Positions 1-10,935 of a DNA stretch of 64,000 bases are shown here, one piece after another. A model generated the notes under the pieces. The model searched no databases and was not told the origin of the DNA. It saw only the letters and a program-made list of their open reading frames with translations. The position numbers were made by a program, and so were the translations under genes. Position 1 is the stretch's first letter, and every line of letters starts with the position of its first letter. Source of the DNA: Candidatus Omnitrophota bacterium. Its GTDB lineage: Bacteria; Omnitrophota; Gorgyraeia; Zapsychrales; JANLHA01. The stretch spans positions 463 through 64,462 of the forward strand of contig JACKFJ010000008.1 of assembly GCA_020632535.1 (NCBI GenBank). The letters are read 5' to 3'.

Positions 1-2
1 AC

Positions 3-293
3 GAAATGGAAAAAGAGTTCGGTCGTTATTTTTATTTGCGCGGTGATATCAAGTTGACGCCCGGCCTTTCGATTGATCTAAATAAAATCAAAATGATCGA
101 CAGTGTTCTTGGAAAGAAAGTTGTTGATATGAAAGACTTTGATGGCGTGAAATTGATTTGTGAAGATGAAAGCTGGATTATGTTTCGTCCGTCAGGAACT
201 GAGCCATTGGTTCGTGTTTATTCGGAGTCCAAGTCGTTGGTTCGTTCTAAACAGTTGATTAAATATGGTGAAGCCCTTTTGGCAGGAAAATAA
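3..293 (+). CDS. alpha-D-phosphohexomutase family protein, C-terminal fragment (5' end outside window)
   Basis: Frame open from window edge; C-terminal domain motif FRPSGTEPLVRVYSE typical of PGM/PMM/GlmM-type mutases; stop at 291-293. Confidence 0.8.
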   Translation, partial: EMEKEFGRYFYLRGDIKLTPGLSIDLNKIKMIDSVLGKKVVDMKDFDGVKLICEDESWIMFRPSGTEPLVRVYSESKSLVRSKQLIKYGEALLAGK

Positions 294-295
294 AC

Positions 296-880
296 GTGAT
301 TCCCTGTTATTGGTTAGCTTACGCTGTGATTAAAATCGTCAATCCGTTTTATTTTCCATTGACGATAAGGGGGCGTGAGAATATTCCCGTCAAAGGCGCG
401 TTTATCGCCGCGAGTAATCACGTCAGCCATCTGGATCCACCTTTGGTTAGTTACGCTGTTCGTCGTCCCATTTATCACATTGCCAAAAAGAGTTTATTTA
501 AGAATAAAGCCTTTGCTTTGTTGCTTTATTCTTTGGGTTCTTTTCCAATTGAACGTGAAGGTTCCGACGTGAGTGCAATGAGATCGTGTTTGCGCAAGTT
601 AAAAAAAGGTGAACCATTAGCACTTTTTCCAACAGGCACGCGTGTCGTTGGTGATGCTGAAGTTACGGCAAAAGCGGGCGTTGGATTCTTAGCGGTTAAG
701 GCGGGAGTGCCTGTTGTTCCGGTTAAGATTTCGGGCACCGATATGGTTATGCCAAAAGGCGCGAAAGGTATTCATAAGCACCCAGTTACGATTATAATCG
801 GTCAGCCGATCCATTTTTCTAAGCAAGATAATTATGATCAAATTGCCGCGCAGATTCTACAAAAAATAAATTCACTGTAG
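296..880 (+). CDS. plsC: 1-acyl-sn-glycerol-3-phosphate acyltransferase
   Basis: GTG start 2 nt after upstream stop; acyltransferase HX4D block NHVSHLDPP and FPTGTR block. Confidence 0.85.
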   Translation: MIPCYWLAYAVIKIVNPFYFPLTIRGRENIPVKGAFIAASNHVSHLDPPLVSYAVRRPIYHIAKKSLFKNKAFALLLYSLGSFPIEREGSDVSAMRSCLRKLKKGEPLALFPTGTRVVGDAEVTAKAGVGFLAVKAGVPVVPVKISGTDMVMPKGAKGIHKHPVTIIIGQPIHFSKQDNYDQIAAQILQKINSL

Positions 881-893
881 TACAATATTTTAA

Positions 894-922
894 TTGACAA
901 AAAAATTTTTTTTGCGATAATT
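894..922 (+). promoter_or_regulatory. sigma70-like promoter upstream of rpsA
   Basis: TTGACA (894-899), 17-nt spacer, ATAATT (917-922); about 68 nt upstream of the rpsA ATG. Confidence 0.45.
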
Positions 923-989
923 GAAATTCACTTTAAGAAGAGGAAACTCTTTTTGAAGAATTCGTTGTAAGAAAAGGGGAAGTAAATTC

Positions 990-2537
990 ATGGAAGATAA
1001 TAAACAAAGCGCAATGGCGGAACTTTACGCGAGCACTGTTAAAAGTGTCAAAGAAGGCCATATTGTCAAAGGAATCGTAGTTGCAATTACTGCAAAAGAA
1101 GCTGTTATTGATATTGGTTTTAAATCGGAAGGTTTCATTCCGTTAGAAGAATTTCGCAATAAGGAAGAACTTGAGCTGGGTCGAGAAATTGATGTTTTGG
1201 TTGAATCCGTTGAGGATGATGAAGGCCGTTTAGTGCTTTCACGTTCCAAAGCTGAAAAAGTCAAGGGCTGGCAAAAAGTGATGGTAGATATAGAGGAAGG
1301 CCACGTTGTTGAAGGCCGAGTTGTTAAGCAGGTTAAGGGCGGTTACATGGTTGATGTGGAAGGCGTGGAAGGTTTTTTACCGATGTCCTTATCTGCATTT
1401 AAGGGTTACGCCAATGACACAATAATGGCAAATAAATTTAATTTCCAAGTTGCAAAAATAAACAAGCAACGCCGCAATCTTATTCTTTCCCGTCGAGATA
1501 TTTTCCAAAAAGAACGCGATTTGGTTCGCGAAAAACTTTGGGGCGAGCTTAAAAAAGGCGAACGCCGTAAGGGAGCAGTCAAGGGTATTACCGACTTTGG
1601 TGCTTTCATTGACTTAGGTGGTGTTGACGGCCTTCTCCATATTACGGATATGAGCTGGTCACGCATCAATCATCCGAGCGAAATTGTTCAGCTTGGTGAC
1701 AAGATTGAAGTCATCATTTTGGATTTTGATAAAGATAATTCAAAGGTTTCTTTGGGTCTTAAGCAAATTTCTCCGAATCCGTGGGATGATATTTACCAAA
1801 AATATCCGGCCGGATCTAAGATCAGTGGTAAAGTAGTCAACATTATGCCGTACGGCGTTTTTGTTGAGATTGAAAAAGGCATTGAAGGCCTTTTGCATTC
1901 TTCTGAAATCTCTTGGCAGAAAAAGATGGTCAATCCGCAAGAAATGTTCAAGCTCGGTGATGAAATCAATTGTGTCATTATCAATGTTGATAAGGATTCT
2001 AAGCGTATTTCTTTAAGTATGAAGCAGCTTGAAACCAATCCTTGGCTTGAAGCTCAGGGCAGTCTTCCCGTCGGTAAGAATGTTAAAGGTGTTGTTCGTG
2101 GATTTACTGATTATGGCGCTTTTATCGAATTGGAATCCGGTTTGGAAGGTATGATTCATGTTTCCGATATGTCGTGGATTCGTAAGGTCAATCATCCGCA
2201 AGAGGTTTTGCAAAAAGGACAAGATGTGGACGTTATGGTTTTGGCGGTTGACGCTGAAAGCCGTAAAATCACTTTAGGTTTAAAACAACTCACCGAAAAT
2301 CCTTGGACTGCAATTGCCGACAAGTATGCCGTTGGTAGTGAAGTGGATACCCAAGTTGTTCTAAATTCAAGTTTTGGGGTTTTTGTCCGTTTGCCGGGCG
2401 ATGTTGAAGCGTTGGTCTATTCTTCAGAAATTGATAAAGAACAGGCTGCCAGCCTTAAGCCTGGAGATCCGTTAAAAGTCAAGATTATCAAAGTGGACGT
2501 TGACCAGATGAAAATCGGGGTCAGCACCCGTTTATAA
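990..2537 (+). CDS. rpsA: 30S ribosomal protein S1
   Basis: 515 aa built from repeated S1 OB-fold units (recurring G.V...T.FGAF+.L..G+.GL+H+S pattern); purine-rich SD-like AAGGGGAAG upstream. Confidence 0.95.
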   Translation: MEDNKQSAMAELYASTVKSVKEGHIVKGIVVAITAKEAVIDIGFKSEGFIPLEEFRNKEELELGREIDVLVESVEDDEGRLVLSRSKAEKVKGWQKVMVDIEEGHVVEGRVVKQVKGGYMVDVEGVEGFLPMSLSAFKGYANDTIMANKFNFQVAKINKQRRNLILSRRDIFQKERDLVREKLWGELKKGERRKGAVKGITDFGAFIDLGGVDGLLHITDMSWSRINHPSEIVQLGDKIEVIILDFDKDNSKVSLGLKQISPNPWDDIYQKYPAGSKISGKVVNIMPYGVFVEIEKGIEGLLHSSEISWQKKMVNPQEMFKLGDEINCVIINVDKDSKRISLSMKQLETNPWLEAQGSLPVGKNVKGVVRGFTDYGAFIELESGLEGMIHVSDMSWIRKVNHPQEVLQKGQDVDVMVLAVDAESRKITLGLKQLTENPWTAIADKYAVGSEVDTQVVLNSSFGVFVRLPGDVEALVYSSEIDKEQAASLKPGDPLKVKIIKVDVDQMKIGVSTRL

Positions 2538-2614
2538 TCCCAATTTCTTTAAAGTGTCTTGGACGCCTGAATTTTTAGAGGTGAAGGCTTTTTTTTGCTT
2601 GGGGCTTGCGAGTT

Positions 2615-3781
2615 ATGAATAACCAAGAAATTTTTGATCGCATCACTCGCGGGACAGTTGAAATTATCAATTCAGCTGATTTAAGTACGAAATTAAAAGA
2701 CAGCAAAAAATGTGGGAAACCACTTAAGGTCAAGGCAGGTTTTGACCCAACAGCGCCAGATATTCATTTGGGTCATTGTGTTTTGCTTCGTAAGCTTCGG
2801 CAGTTTCAGGATCTCGGACACGAAGTGTTCTTTCTTATCGGGGACTTTACCGCCCAGATTGGCGACCCAACAGGTCGCGATCAGTTGCGCTCACAAATGT
2901 CGTTAGAAACAATCGCGGCTAACGCGAAGACATATCAAGCGCAAGTTTTTAAAATCCTTGACGAAAAAAAGACCAAAGTGGTTTTTAACAGTTCTTGGCT
3001 TTCTAAGCTGAGCGCTCAAAAAATCTTGGAATTGACAGCATTTTCAACGGTTGCGCAAATGCTGGCTCGCGCGGATTTTAAAAAACGTTTTGAAACAGCC
3101 AAGGAAATTAGCATTTTGGAGTTTATTTATCCCTTAATGCAGGGTTTTGACTCTGTTTACTTGGAATCTGATATTGAGTTGGGGGGGTCGGATCAAAAAT
3201 TTAATCTTCTAATGGGTCGTCAGTTACAGCAATCGTTTAAACAGGCACCTCAGGTTGTCATTATGACGCCACTTTTGGAGGGCACGGATGGCGTTAAGAA
3301 GATGAGTAAATCGCTGGGAAATTATATTGGCATTAATGAGCCGCCCGCGGAGATTCTTGGGAAGGTTATGTCCATCAGTGATGAGTTAATGTTGAGATAT
3401 TATGATGTTTTAACAGAACGCAATCTTGCTGAAATTAAACAACTTCATCCTAAAGAAGCAAAGTTGCAGTTGGGTGAAGAAATTGTGAGTCAGTTCTATT
3501 CTAAGGAAAAGTCTCGGCAGGCGCGGCAAGAGTTTGAAAAAGTTTTTAGCCGCGGTGATGTTCCAAAAGATATTATTGAATACAGAATTAATGGCCCAAA
3601 AGAAAAAATCATTGATATTTTATTAAAGAATAAATTAGTTGCTTCAAAAAGTGAAGGCCGTCGATTGATGACGCAGGGTGGGGTCACGATAGATGGCGAG
3701 AAAATCCTCGACGAGGATTGGCAGATTAGAACGGGTGTCGTGAAGATTGGTAAGCGAAGATTTTTAAGGATCATTGCTTAA
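2615..3781 (+). CDS. tyrS: tyrosine--tRNA ligase (type 2, with C-terminal S4-like domain)
   Basis: Class I HIGH motif (HLGH), KMSKS motif, [13 protein letters not shown] block, S4-like tail ([21 protein letters not shown]). ORF-track TTG at 2606 also possible. Confidence 0.93.
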   Translation: MNNQEIFDRITRGTVEIINSADLSTKLKDSKKCGKPLKVKAGFDPTAPDIHLGHCVLLRKLRQFQDLGHEVFFLIGDFTAQIGDPTGRDQLRSQMSLETIAANAKTYQAQVFKILDEKKTKVVFNSSWLSKLSAQKILELTAFSTVAQMLARADFKKRFETAKEISILEFIYPLMQGFDSVYLESDIELGGSDQKFNLLMGRQLQQSFKQAPQVVIMTPLLEGTDGVKKMSKSLGNYIGINEPPAEILGKVMSISDELMLRYYDVLTERNLAEIKQLHPKEAKLQLGEEIVSQFYSKEKSRQARQEFEKVFSRGDVPKDIIEYRINGPKEKIIDILLKNKLVASKSEGRRLMTQGGVTIDGEKILDEDWQIRTGVVKIGKRRFLRIIA

Positions 3782-3812
3782 GACATTTTGTTGAGAACTT
3801 CAAGAAATTTTC

Positions 3813-3840
3813 TTGACAAAAAATCGGAACGAAGTATACT
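3813..3840 (+). promoter_or_regulatory. sigma70-like promoter upstream of tRNA-Thr/rpmG
   Basis: TTGACA (3813-3818), 16-nt spacer, TATACT (3835-3840); 15 nt before the tRNA 5' end. Confidence 0.5.
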
Positions 3841-3855
3841 TTATATTCATTTGTC

Positions 3856-3928
<73 letters not shown>

Positions 3929-3954
3929 TGTAAATCGAAAGTGCAGAACCAATT

Positions 3955-4107
3955 ATGCGCGAGAACATACAGTTTGAATGTACAGATTGCAAAAGAATAA
4001 ATTATTCAAGCACGAAGGATAAGAAACAAAATCCAGATCGTATTGAATTGAAAAAATACTGCCGGTTTTGCCGCAAGCATACAGCGCATCGGGAGTTGAA
4101 GAAGTAA
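3955..4107 (+). CDS. rpmG: 50S ribosomal protein L33 (zinc-ribbon C+ form)
   Basis: 50-aa ORF below ORF-track cutoff: [50 protein letters not shown]. CxxC...CxxC plus canonical L33 tail; canonical position before secE. Confidence 0.9.
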   Translation: MRENIQFECTDCKRINYSSTKDKKQNPDRIELKKYCRFCRKHTAHRELKK

Positions 4108-4160
4108 GTTCCCTATATTAATTTATAAAGGTTTTATTAACAATGCTGTCCTGGTGATTT

Positions 4161-4234
4161 AGGCCTGTAGCTCCAATTGGTAGAGCAGCGGCCTCCAAAG
4201 CCGAGTGTTGTGGGTTCAAATCCTACCAGGCCTG
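4161..4234 (+). tRNA. tRNA-Trp (anticodon CCA)
   Basis: Hand-folded cloverleaf: acceptor AGGCCTG/CAGGCCT, D arm GCTC/GAGC, anticodon loop CTCCAAA, T arm GTGGG-TTCAAAT-CCTAC; 74 nt; CCA not encoded; canonical position upstream of secE. Confidence 0.9.
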
Positions 4235-4263
4235 CATATATTGATGCACATAATAGAGTAGTT

Positions 4264-4449
4264 ATGATTACAAAGATTAAAAAATTTTTTACCGAAGTTG
4301 TTGTTGAGCTTAAAAAAGTATCTTGGTCAACCCGCCGCGAGCTCATTGAGTCTACCAAAGTTGTTTTGATTAGTACGGCGTTTTTAGGTGTTTTTATCGC
4401 GCTCGTTGATGTTGTTATTTCAAAATTTATTGGAGTGATCATTAATTAA
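4264..4449 (+). CDS. secE: preprotein translocase subunit SecE
   Basis: 61 aa; N-terminal KFFTEVVVELKKVSWSTRRE motif followed by one TM helix; start moved to internal ATG because the ORF-track start (4177) lies inside tRNA-Trp. Confidence 0.88.
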   Translation: MITKIKKFFTEVVVELKKVSWSTRRELIESTKVVLISTAFLGVFIALVDVVISKFIGVIIN

Positions 4450-4450
4450 A

Positions 4451-4993
4451 ATGGAAAGCCAAAGTCCGCATAAGTGGTATGTCATTCACACCCAAACGGG
4501 TGCTGAAGAAAAGGCCAAGGCTGGTTTAGTCGGACGAATGGCTAAGACTGATCTTAAAAAATTTGTTGAAGAAATTGTTGTCCCGACTGAACAAGTTTCG
4601 GAAATTCGTGGTGGGAAAAAGCGTATAACGTCACGTAAGTTTTTCCCCGGCTATATTATGGTCAAGATGGAAATGACCAAGGAAAGCTGGTATTTGGTAA
4701 AAACAACACCGGGAATTACCGGATTTATCGGTCCGGGTCGTCGTCCAACACCAATTTCTGATGATGAAGTAAATTCGATTCTCCGTCGGACTGAAGATAC
4801 TGAAACGAAGCCGAGTCCAAAAATTATTTTTGACATTGGTGAGGCCATACGAATTTCGGAAGGACCATTTGCGAATTTTAATGGTTCGGTGATGGAAGTT
4901 TATCCTGAGCGCGGAAAGCTTAAGGTCAGCGTTTCAATTTTTGGTCGATCGACATTAGTGGAATTGGAATACTGGCAGGTTGAGAAGATCTGA
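4451..4993 (+). CDS. nusG: transcription termination/antitermination factor NusG
   Basis: NGN domain start KWYVIHTQTGAEEKA, C-terminal KOW (GEAIRISEGPFANFNGSV); 1 nt after secE stop. Confidence 0.95.
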   Translation: MESQSPHKWYVIHTQTGAEEKAKAGLVGRMAKTDLKKFVEEIVVPTEQVSEIRGGKKRITSRKFFPGYIMVKMEMTKESWYLVKTTPGITGFIGPGRRPTPISDDEVNSILRRTEDTETKPSPKIIFDIGEAIRISEGPFANFNGSVMEVYPERGKLKVSVSIFGRSTLVELEYWQVEKI

Positions 4994-5063
4994 TCTTCAA
5001 AATCCCGAGCTGATGGGCAAAGGATCTATTTAATATTTAGCGAAATGAGTTAGGTAAAATAAA

Positions 5064-5489
5064 ATGGCAAAAGAAGTTATCGCACAGATCAAGTTGTACG
5101 TTGCAGCCGGGCAAGCTAATCCTGCGCCACCTGTTGGTCCTGCTTTAGGTCAACATGGTGTTAATATTATGGGTTTTTGTAAAGCCTTTAATGAGCAGAC
5201 CAAAGGTCGAGAAGGTTTAACTTTACCAGCGGTTATTACGGTTTATAAAGATAAGTCATTTGATTTTATTATCAAAACCCCGCCGAGCGCTGTATTAATC
5301 AAAAAGGCCGCTAATCTCGCAAAAGCTTCAGGATTGGCTGGTAAAGAAAAAATAGCGCAAATTTCTCGCGCTAAGATTGAAGAAATAGCCAAGATTAAAG
5401 CTGAAGATCTCAACACCGTTGATTTTAAAAAAGCAGTTAAGACTATTGAAGGAACCGCCCGCAGTATGGGCATTGAGGTGGTTGGTTAA
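5064..5489 (+). CDS. rplK: 50S ribosomal protein L11
   Basis: [36 protein letters not shown] is the canonical L11 N-domain. Confidence 0.97.
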   Translation: MAKEVIAQIKLYVAAGQANPAPPVGPALGQHGVNIMGFCKAFNEQTKGREGLTLPAVITVYKDKSFDFIIKTPPSAVLIKKAANLAKASGLAGKEKIAQISRAKIEEIAKIKAEDLNTVDFKKAVKTIEGTARSMGIEVVG

Positions 5490-5490
5490 T

Positions 5491-6183
5491 ATGGTACACA
5501 TTAGCAAACGCAAAAAAGGATTTGGTAAAGATTTTGAAGCTGAGAAGAAATATACACTTGAGGAAGCTCTCACGCACGTTGAAAAGTTTCCGAAGGTCAA
5601 ATTTGATGAAACTGTTGAGTTGCATTTTCGATTGAATATCGATTCTAAAGAAACCGAACAACCTGTTCGTGGAACAGTTGTTCTTCCGCATGGAATTGGT
5701 AAAAAAGTTCGTGTTGCTGTTTTTTGTAAGGGCGAATTTGCTCAAAAAGCACAAGATGCCGGAGCTGATCTTGTTGGTGGGACGGATTTGATTGAGCGTG
5801 TTGCGAAGGGTTTTCAAGAGTTTGATTGTGTTGTGGCGACGCCTGATATGATGCGTGACTTGAGTAAGTTGGGTAAAATTTTAGGTCCGCGTGGCTTGAT
5901 GCCTTCGCCAAAGGCAGGTACGGTTACACAGGATGTTGAAAAGGTGGTTAAGGAGCTTAAGGCGGGACGTATTGAATTTAAGGCGGATAAACAGGCGGGG
6001 ATTCATGTAGGAATTGGTAAGCGTTCATTTAAGACGAATCAGCTTCTTGAAAATGCGCGCCAACTTCTTGAAGCGATTGAGCATGCGAAGCCAACGGCGG
6101 TTAAGGGTAACCTTATTAGAACAATTTCGGTTTCCACGACGATGGGACCTGGTTTAGATGTTGTTGAAATGGGCGTTAATTAA
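5491..6183 (+). CDS. rplA: 50S ribosomal protein L1
   Basis: Starts at ATG 1 nt after rplK stop (MVHISKRKKG...); L1 blocks VRGTVVLPHGIGK and GPRGLMPSPKAGTVT; ORF-track start 5419 rejected because it overlaps rplK. Confidence 0.95.
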   Translation: MVHISKRKKGFGKDFEAEKKYTLEEALTHVEKFPKVKFDETVELHFRLNIDSKETEQPVRGTVVLPHGIGKKVRVAVFCKGEFAQKAQDAGADLVGGTDLIERVAKGFQEFDCVVATPDMMRDLSKLGKILGPRGLMPSPKAGTVTQDVEKVVKELKAGRIEFKADKQAGIHVGIGKRSFKTNQLLENARQLLEAIEHAKPTAVKGNLIRTISVSTTMGPGLDVVEMGVN

Positions 6184-6225
6184 TGGATACTTTTGCTTTC
6201 ATGCGAAAGCAAGGTATCCATTTTT
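6184..6225 (+). terminator. intrinsic terminator/attenuator hairpin between rplA and rplJ
   Basis: TGGATAC-TT-TTGCTTTC loop ATGC GAAAGCAA-G-GTATCCA (7+8 bp stem) followed by TTTTT; it sits where an L11/L10 operon boundary is expected. Confidence 0.6.
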
Positions 6226-6260
6226 AAGTAAGGAAGCAGAAGGGTTGAAGGGACTTAAAA

Positions 6261-6791
6261 ATGGAAAAAGTCGGTAAAGTTCTTCGCGCAAGTTTACATA
6301 AAGGCATTAAAGACGGAATACAAAATAACCAAGCGGTTTTTATGTTGAGTTATTCTGCGATTTCGTCATCGCAGATGGGCATTTTGAGAAAGAGTTTGAG
6401 TAAAGTTGGTGCTCAAGTGCATGTTCCACAGAATCGAATTGCTAAACTTGTTCTCAAGGAACTTAAGAATGAGGCATTAGCCGATAAGATTAAAGGTCAA
6501 ACCGCTTTTGTTTGGTCTAACTCTGATGCGGTTTCGGTTTCAAAGACTTTGGTGAAATTTACAGATCAATTCAAAAGCATTGTAATTAATGGCGGTCTTC
6601 TCGACGGTGAAACTTTAATTGGTGGTGATGTTAAGCGTTTATCTGATTTGCCGGCCAAGGAAGTATTACAGGCACAGTTATTGCAAGTGATGTTGGCGCC
6701 GATGACGCGTTTTGCTGGTCTTTTGAACGCCAAATCGCGCGATTTATTATCGATATTGAAACAGTACGGTGAAAAAAAGGGAGGAAATTAA
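6261..6791 (+). CDS. rplJ: 50S ribosomal protein L10
   Basis: 176 aa; position between rplA and rplL; L10-like profile ([34 protein letters not shown]). Confidence 0.92.
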   Translation: MEKVGKVLRASLHKGIKDGIQNNQAVFMLSYSAISSSQMGILRKSLSKVGAQVHVPQNRIAKLVLKELKNEALADKIKGQTAFVWSNSDAVSVSKTLVKFTDQFKSIVINGGLLDGETLIGGDVKRLSDLPAKEVLQAQLLQVMLAPMTRFAGLLNAKSRDLLSILKQYGEKKGGN

Positions 6792-6792
6792 A

Positions 6793-7221
6793 ATGACTGA
6801 AGCAACTGAGGAAAAAAAGAGCGTAAAGCTTTCTGCGAAGCTCGAAGATGTCGCAAAGCAGATCGAAGGCTTGACAGCGCTTGAATTGTCTGATCTCGTT
6901 AAAGGGTTAGAAGATCGTCTTGGAATACAAGCTGCCGCTCCAATGCCTGCCGGAATGATGATGTCTATGGCGGGGGCTGGTGGTGCCGCTGCTGCTCCAG
7001 CTGAAGAGAAGACTACATTTGATGTTGTCTTATCTGAAATTGGTGGCAACAAAATCGGTGTTATTAAAGAAGTTCGTGCCGCTACAAATCTTGGTTTGAA
7101 GGAAGCGAAAGACTTAGTTGAAGCTGCTCCAAAAACCATTAAAGAAGGCGCCACAAAAGAAGAAGCTGAAGATCTTAAGAAAAAGCTTGAAGCCGCTGGT
7201 GCTAAAGTTTCGCTTAAGTAA
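6793..7221 (+). CDS. rplL: 50S ribosomal protein L7/L12
   Basis: ATG at 6793 preceded by GGGAGGA SD. Has N-terminal dimerisation helix, Ala/Gly/Met-rich hinge, and C-domain [38 protein letters not shown]-track start 6769 overlaps rplJ. Confidence 0.95.
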   Translation: MTEATEEKKSVKLSAKLEDVAKQIEGLTALELSDLVKGLEDRLGIQAAAPMPAGMMMSMAGAGGAAAAPAEEKTTFDVVLSEIGGNKIGVIKEVRAATNLGLKEAKDLVEAAPKTIKEGATKEEAEDLKKKLEAAGAKVSLK

Positions 7222-7356
7222 AAAACAATTGATTTAATCCGGCACCACTATTTCGCATGTTCTAAAATTTCAGAAATATGCCAAATATGTGCCGCAAATC
7301 ATATCTTTTTAAGTGCTCAAGTGTTTCATAAAAATCTTGTCATTGTAACTAAAAAA

Positions 7357-7389
7357 TTTCTCCGGAGATTTTGAACGGAGGAATTTTTT
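7357..7389 (+). terminator. attenuator-like hairpin in rplL-rpoB spacer
   Basis: TTTCTCCG / CGGAGGAA 8-bp stem (one G-U), 11-nt loop, then TTTTTT; 70 nt upstream of rpoB. A partial terminator is known at this position in E. coli. Confidence 0.5.
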
Positions 7390-7458
7390 AGTTTTTGACT
7401 TTTTTCTATCCCGTCGGCAATTGCAGGCGATAACCCACAAGCAGGGTGAACGGAATCT

Positions 7459-10400
7459 ATGAAAAAACCAAAATTCAGAAGTTTCGCCAAGGCTAAAGAT
7501 AACTTTGAATTACCGTCCCTTTTGGACATTCAAGTTAAGGCATACGAAGATTTTTTACAGCGTGAAATTTCTTCAGATAAACGTACCGATACCGGTCTTG
7601 AAGAAGTTTTTCGTGAAGTTTTTCCTCTCGAGAGTTATGATGGTCAGATCAAACTTGAATATATTAGCTATTATTTAGGAAAAGAAAAATATTCCAGTTT
7701 TGAGTGTCAAAGACGAAGTATGACGTATTCGGCTCCACTCAAAGTTAAACTCCGCCTTATCACTCCCGTAGATATTAAAGAGCAAGAAGTTTATTTTGGT
7801 GATTTTCCTCTCATGACCGATACTGGGACGTTTATTATTAATGGTGATGAGCGCGTTGTTGTTTCGCAAATTCAACGTCCACCCGGGGTTTCGTTTGAAG
7901 AAGAAGTTCACCCGACGGGTAAAAGTATTTATTATGGACGTATAATTCCTTCCCGTGGTGCATGGTTTGAAATCAAATATGATCTAAACGATGTGATGCT
8001 CGCGTATGTGGATCGTCGTCGTAATTTTCCGGCTTCTCAGATTTTGCGTATTATGGGTCTTACGAATTCCGAAGATATGCAAAAACTTTTGGGTGATGAT
8101 TTTGATAAACTCAAAAACACGCTTGAAAAAGATCACACGACAAATAAAGAAGAGGCTCTTCTTGATTTTTATCGTAAGATGCGTCCGACGGAACCAGCCA
8201 CAATTGAAGTTGCTGAAGCGCTTTTCTTCCGTTTATTTTTTGACCCTAAGCGTTACGATTTAAGCCGTGTCGGCCGTCACATTATTAATCGAAAGCTTGG
8301 GACAAATGTTCCGATGGACAATCGGGTTTTGGACATTCAGACATTGGCTTCGGTGATTAAATATTTGATCAGTTTGCGTGCCGGTGTCGGCGAAACAGAT
8401 GATATCGACCATTTGGGAAATCGTCGTATTAAGACCGTCGGTGAATTGGTTCAGAATCAAGTTCGTATCGGTTTGGCGCGTCTTGAACGCTCGATTAAAG
8501 AGAGACTTGTCGTCATGAGTTCATTCGAAAATTTGACGGCACATCATTTGATTAACTCTCGTCTGTTTTCAAATCAGATTCAAGATTTTTTTGCTCGCAG
8601 TCAGTTATCGCAATTTATGGATCAAGTCAATCCCTTGTCCGAATTGACCCATAAGCGACGCTTGAGTGCTCTTGGGCCGGGTGGTTTGTCTCGGGAACGC
8701 GCTGGGTTTGAAGTCCGCGACGTTCATCCGACGCATTATGGCCGCGTATGTCCGATTGAAACACCGGAAGGTCCAAATATCGGTCTTATTTCATCGTTAA
8801 CAACATGCGCGCGTGTCAATGATCTTGGTTTTATCGAAACACCCTATTACAAAGTTGATAATGGTCGGGTTACGCGTAAAGTCGAATTTTTGACGGCTGA
8901 CGTCGATCAGGATAAATATATTGCGCAGGCTAACGCTTCGGTCGCTGATGATGGAATGCTTGACGGTAAGGAAATCATTTGCCGTTACAAAGCGGATTTT
9001 CCAAAAGTATTAGCCGGACAAATCAATTATAAGGACGTTTCGCCAAAGCAACTTGTTTCTGTGGCGACATGTTTGATTCCTTTCTTAGAGCACGATGACG
9101 CGAATCGTGCTTTGATGGGATCCAACATGCAGCGTCAAGCTGTTCCATTGATGGTGACAGAAGTCCCTTACGTCGGGACTGGTATGGAAGGTAAAGTCGC
9201 TCGTGACTCAGGCGTTGTTGTCATTGCAAGAAACGCAGGAACAGTAACAAAAGTTGATGCCCGCGAAATTGTAATCGGTGATACTGTTTATCCATTGAAG
9301 AATTTTATCCGTTCTAATGCCAACACGTGTGTTATGCAAAATCCAATTGTCAATTTGGGTGAAAAAGTCGAAGTTGGTCAGGTCATTGCCGACGGAGTTG
9401 GAACGAAGGATGGGCGTTTGGCTTTGGGTCGTAACGTGCTTGTGGCTTTCATGCCGTGGCGCGGATACAACTTTGAAGACGCGATTCTTGTCAATCAGCG
9501 TTTGGTTCGGGAGGACGCGTTCACGTCGATTCACATTGAAAAGTTCGAAGTTGAAGCTCGCGAAACACGTTTGGGAAATGAAGAAATCACGCGGGATATC
9601 CCAAATGTTGGCGAAGAAGCTCTTAATGACTTAACGGAAGAAGGGATTGTCCGTATTGGTGCTGAAGTCAAAGCCGGGGACATTCTCGTCGGAAAGTTAA
9701 CACCCAAGAGTGAAAAAGAACTTTCACCTGAAGAAAGACTTTTGCGCGCGATTTTTGGCGAAAAAGCAGCAGATGTTCGTGATACATCATTAACGCTTCC
9801 TCCGGGTATTGAGGGGGTTATTGTTAATGCGGAAGTTTTTCAGCGCACAGAACGTGGGCGCAAAGCCAAAGTTGATAAAGATAAAGAAAAGGAAGCAATT
9901 CTTAAAATTAAAGAATATTACAAACAAGAAGTTGATTTTATCGAAGTTGAAAAAGAAAAGAAGCTCGCGAAACTTTTAGGAGTAAGCGAGAAGAAAGTCG
10001 CGACTTTAAATTTGAGCGATTATTCTGATGACTCCGATGTGAAAGAAACTTTAGAATTTTTCAATTCTAAAATTGCTGAGCTTATTGATGAAGAAACTCA
10101 GGAAATTGATCGCGTCAAACGCGGTGATGAGTTGCCGGCGGGTGTTTTAAAGCGCGTGGTCGTTTATGTTGCTACGAAACGTAAAGTTTCCGAAGGTGAT
10201 AAAATGGCTGGGCGTCATGGTAATAAGGGTATTGTTTCTCGAATTGTTCCGGAAGAAGATATGCCGTATTTGGCAAATGGGACGCCGGTTGATATTATTC
10301 TCAATCCGTTAGGGGTTCCTTCTCGTATGAACGTTGGGCAACTTTTGGAAACACATTTGGGGTGGGCTGCGTCAGCTTTAGGTTTTCATGCTGAAACACC

Positions 10401-10935
10401 TATTTTCAATGGTGCCACCGAACAAGAAATCTGGGATCTCTTAAAAGAAGCCGGACTTCCTGAAGGTGGGAAAACAACGGTATACGATGGATTTACTGGT
10501 GAACCATTTGATCAGAAAATCACGGTTGGATATATTTATATGCTCAAATTAAATCATCTTGTCGACGAGAAGATTCACGCTCGTTCGATTGGGCCGTATT
10601 CGCTTGTGACCCAGCAGCCATTGGGTGGTAAGGCGCATTTTGGTGGCCAGAGATTCGGTGAAATGGAAGTTTGGGCACTTGAAGCTTATGGGGCAGCTTA
10701 TACCTTGCAGGAAATGATGACGGTCAAAAGCGACGACGTCACCGGACGAAGCCGTATTTACGAAGCGATCGTCAAGGGTGAGCAAAAGCTTGTTACGGGC
10801 GTTCCCGAATCATTTAACGTTCTCGTCAAGGAATTGCAGGGTCTTTGCCTTGATATCAAATTAGAGAAGGCAAATGATAAAGAAGATCTTGATGAAAATT
10901 CTGGACACGAAAAGTCAAAGGAGAAGAGAAAATAA
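7459..10935 (+). CDS. rpoB: DNA-directed RNA polymerase subunit beta
   Basis: 1158 aa; conserved blocks [13 protein letters not shown]-like ([17 protein letters not shown]), [53 protein letters not shown]. Confidence 0.98.
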   Translation: MKKPKFRSFAKAKDNFELPSLLDIQVKAYEDFLQREISSDKRTDTGLEEVFREVFPLESYDGQIKLEYISYYLGKEKYSSFECQRRSMTYSAPLKVKLRLITPVDIKEQEVYFGDFPLMTDTGTFIINGDERVVVSQIQRPPGVSFEEEVHPTGKSIYYGRIIPSRGAWFEIKYDLNDVMLAYVDRRRNFPASQILRIMGLTNSEDMQKLLGDDFDKLKNTLEKDHTTNKEEALLDFYRKMRPTEPATIEVAEALFFRLFFDPKRYDLSRVGRHIINRKLGTNVPMDNRVLDIQTLASVIKYLISLRAGVGETDDIDHLGNRRIKTVGELVQNQVRIGLARLERSIKERLVVMSSFENLTAHHLINSRLFSNQIQDFFARSQLSQFMDQVNPLSELTHKRRLSALGPGGLSRERAGFEVRDVHPTHYGRVCPIETPEGPNIGLISSLTTCARVNDLGFIETPYYKVDNGRVTRKVEFLTADVDQDKYIAQANASVADDGMLDGKEIICRYKADFPKVLAGQINYKDVSPKQLVSVATCLIPFLEHDDANRALMGSNMQRQAVPLMVTEVPYVGTGMEGKVARDSGVVVIARNAGTVTKVDAREIVIGDTVYPLKNFIRSNANTCVMQNPIVNLGEKVEVGQVIADGVGTKDGRLALGRNVLVAFMPWRGYNFEDAILVNQRLVREDAFTSIHIEKFEVEARETRLGNEEITRDIPNVGEEALNDLTEEGIVRIGAEVKAGDILVGKLTPKSEKELSPEERLLRAIFGEKAADVRDTSLTLPPGIEGVIVNAEVFQRTERGRKAKVDKDKEKEAILKIKEYYKQEVDFIEVEKEKKLAKLLGVSEKKVATLNLSDYSDDSDVKETLEFFNSKIAELIDEETQEIDRVKRGDELPAGVLKRVVVYVATKRKVSEGDKMAGRHGNKGIVSRIVPEEDMPYLANGTPVDIILNPLGVPSRMNVGQLLETHLGWAASALGFHAETPIFNGATEQEIWDLLKEAGLPEGGKTTVYDGFTGEPFDQKITVGYIYMLKLNHLVDEKIHARSIGPYSLVTQQPLGGKAHFGGQRFGEMEVWALEAYGAAYTLQEMMTVKSDDVTGRSRIYEAIVKGEQKLVTGVPESFNVLVKELQGLCLDIKLEKANDKEDLDENSGHEKSKEKRK

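Noticed and set aside
2538-2614. T-box leader upstream of tyrS
   Set aside because: Only about 70 nt are available, far too short for a T-box of about 200 nt or more, and no T-box consensus is visible.
4177-4263. Upstream-extended starts given by the ORF track (secE 4177, rplA 5419, rplL 6769, rpsQ 24419, rpsD 32993, aroB 60841, rplV 22592)
   Set aside because: The extensions overlap a tRNA or the preceding gene, encode non-conserved sequence, and internal ATGs reproduce the canonical N-termini, often with an SD.
6747-7154. 135-aa minus-strand ORF antisense to rplL
   Set aside because: It is the mirror image of the Ala/Gly-rich L7/L12 gene. GCN/GGN-rich codons give stop-free antisense frames, and there are no motifs.
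7222-7356. Small imperfect palindromes (ttctaaaatttcagaa etc.) in the rplL-rpoB spacer as an operator or ncRNA
   Set aside because: The pairing is short and mismatched in an AT-rich context. Only the terminator-like hairpin at 7357-7389 is well supported.
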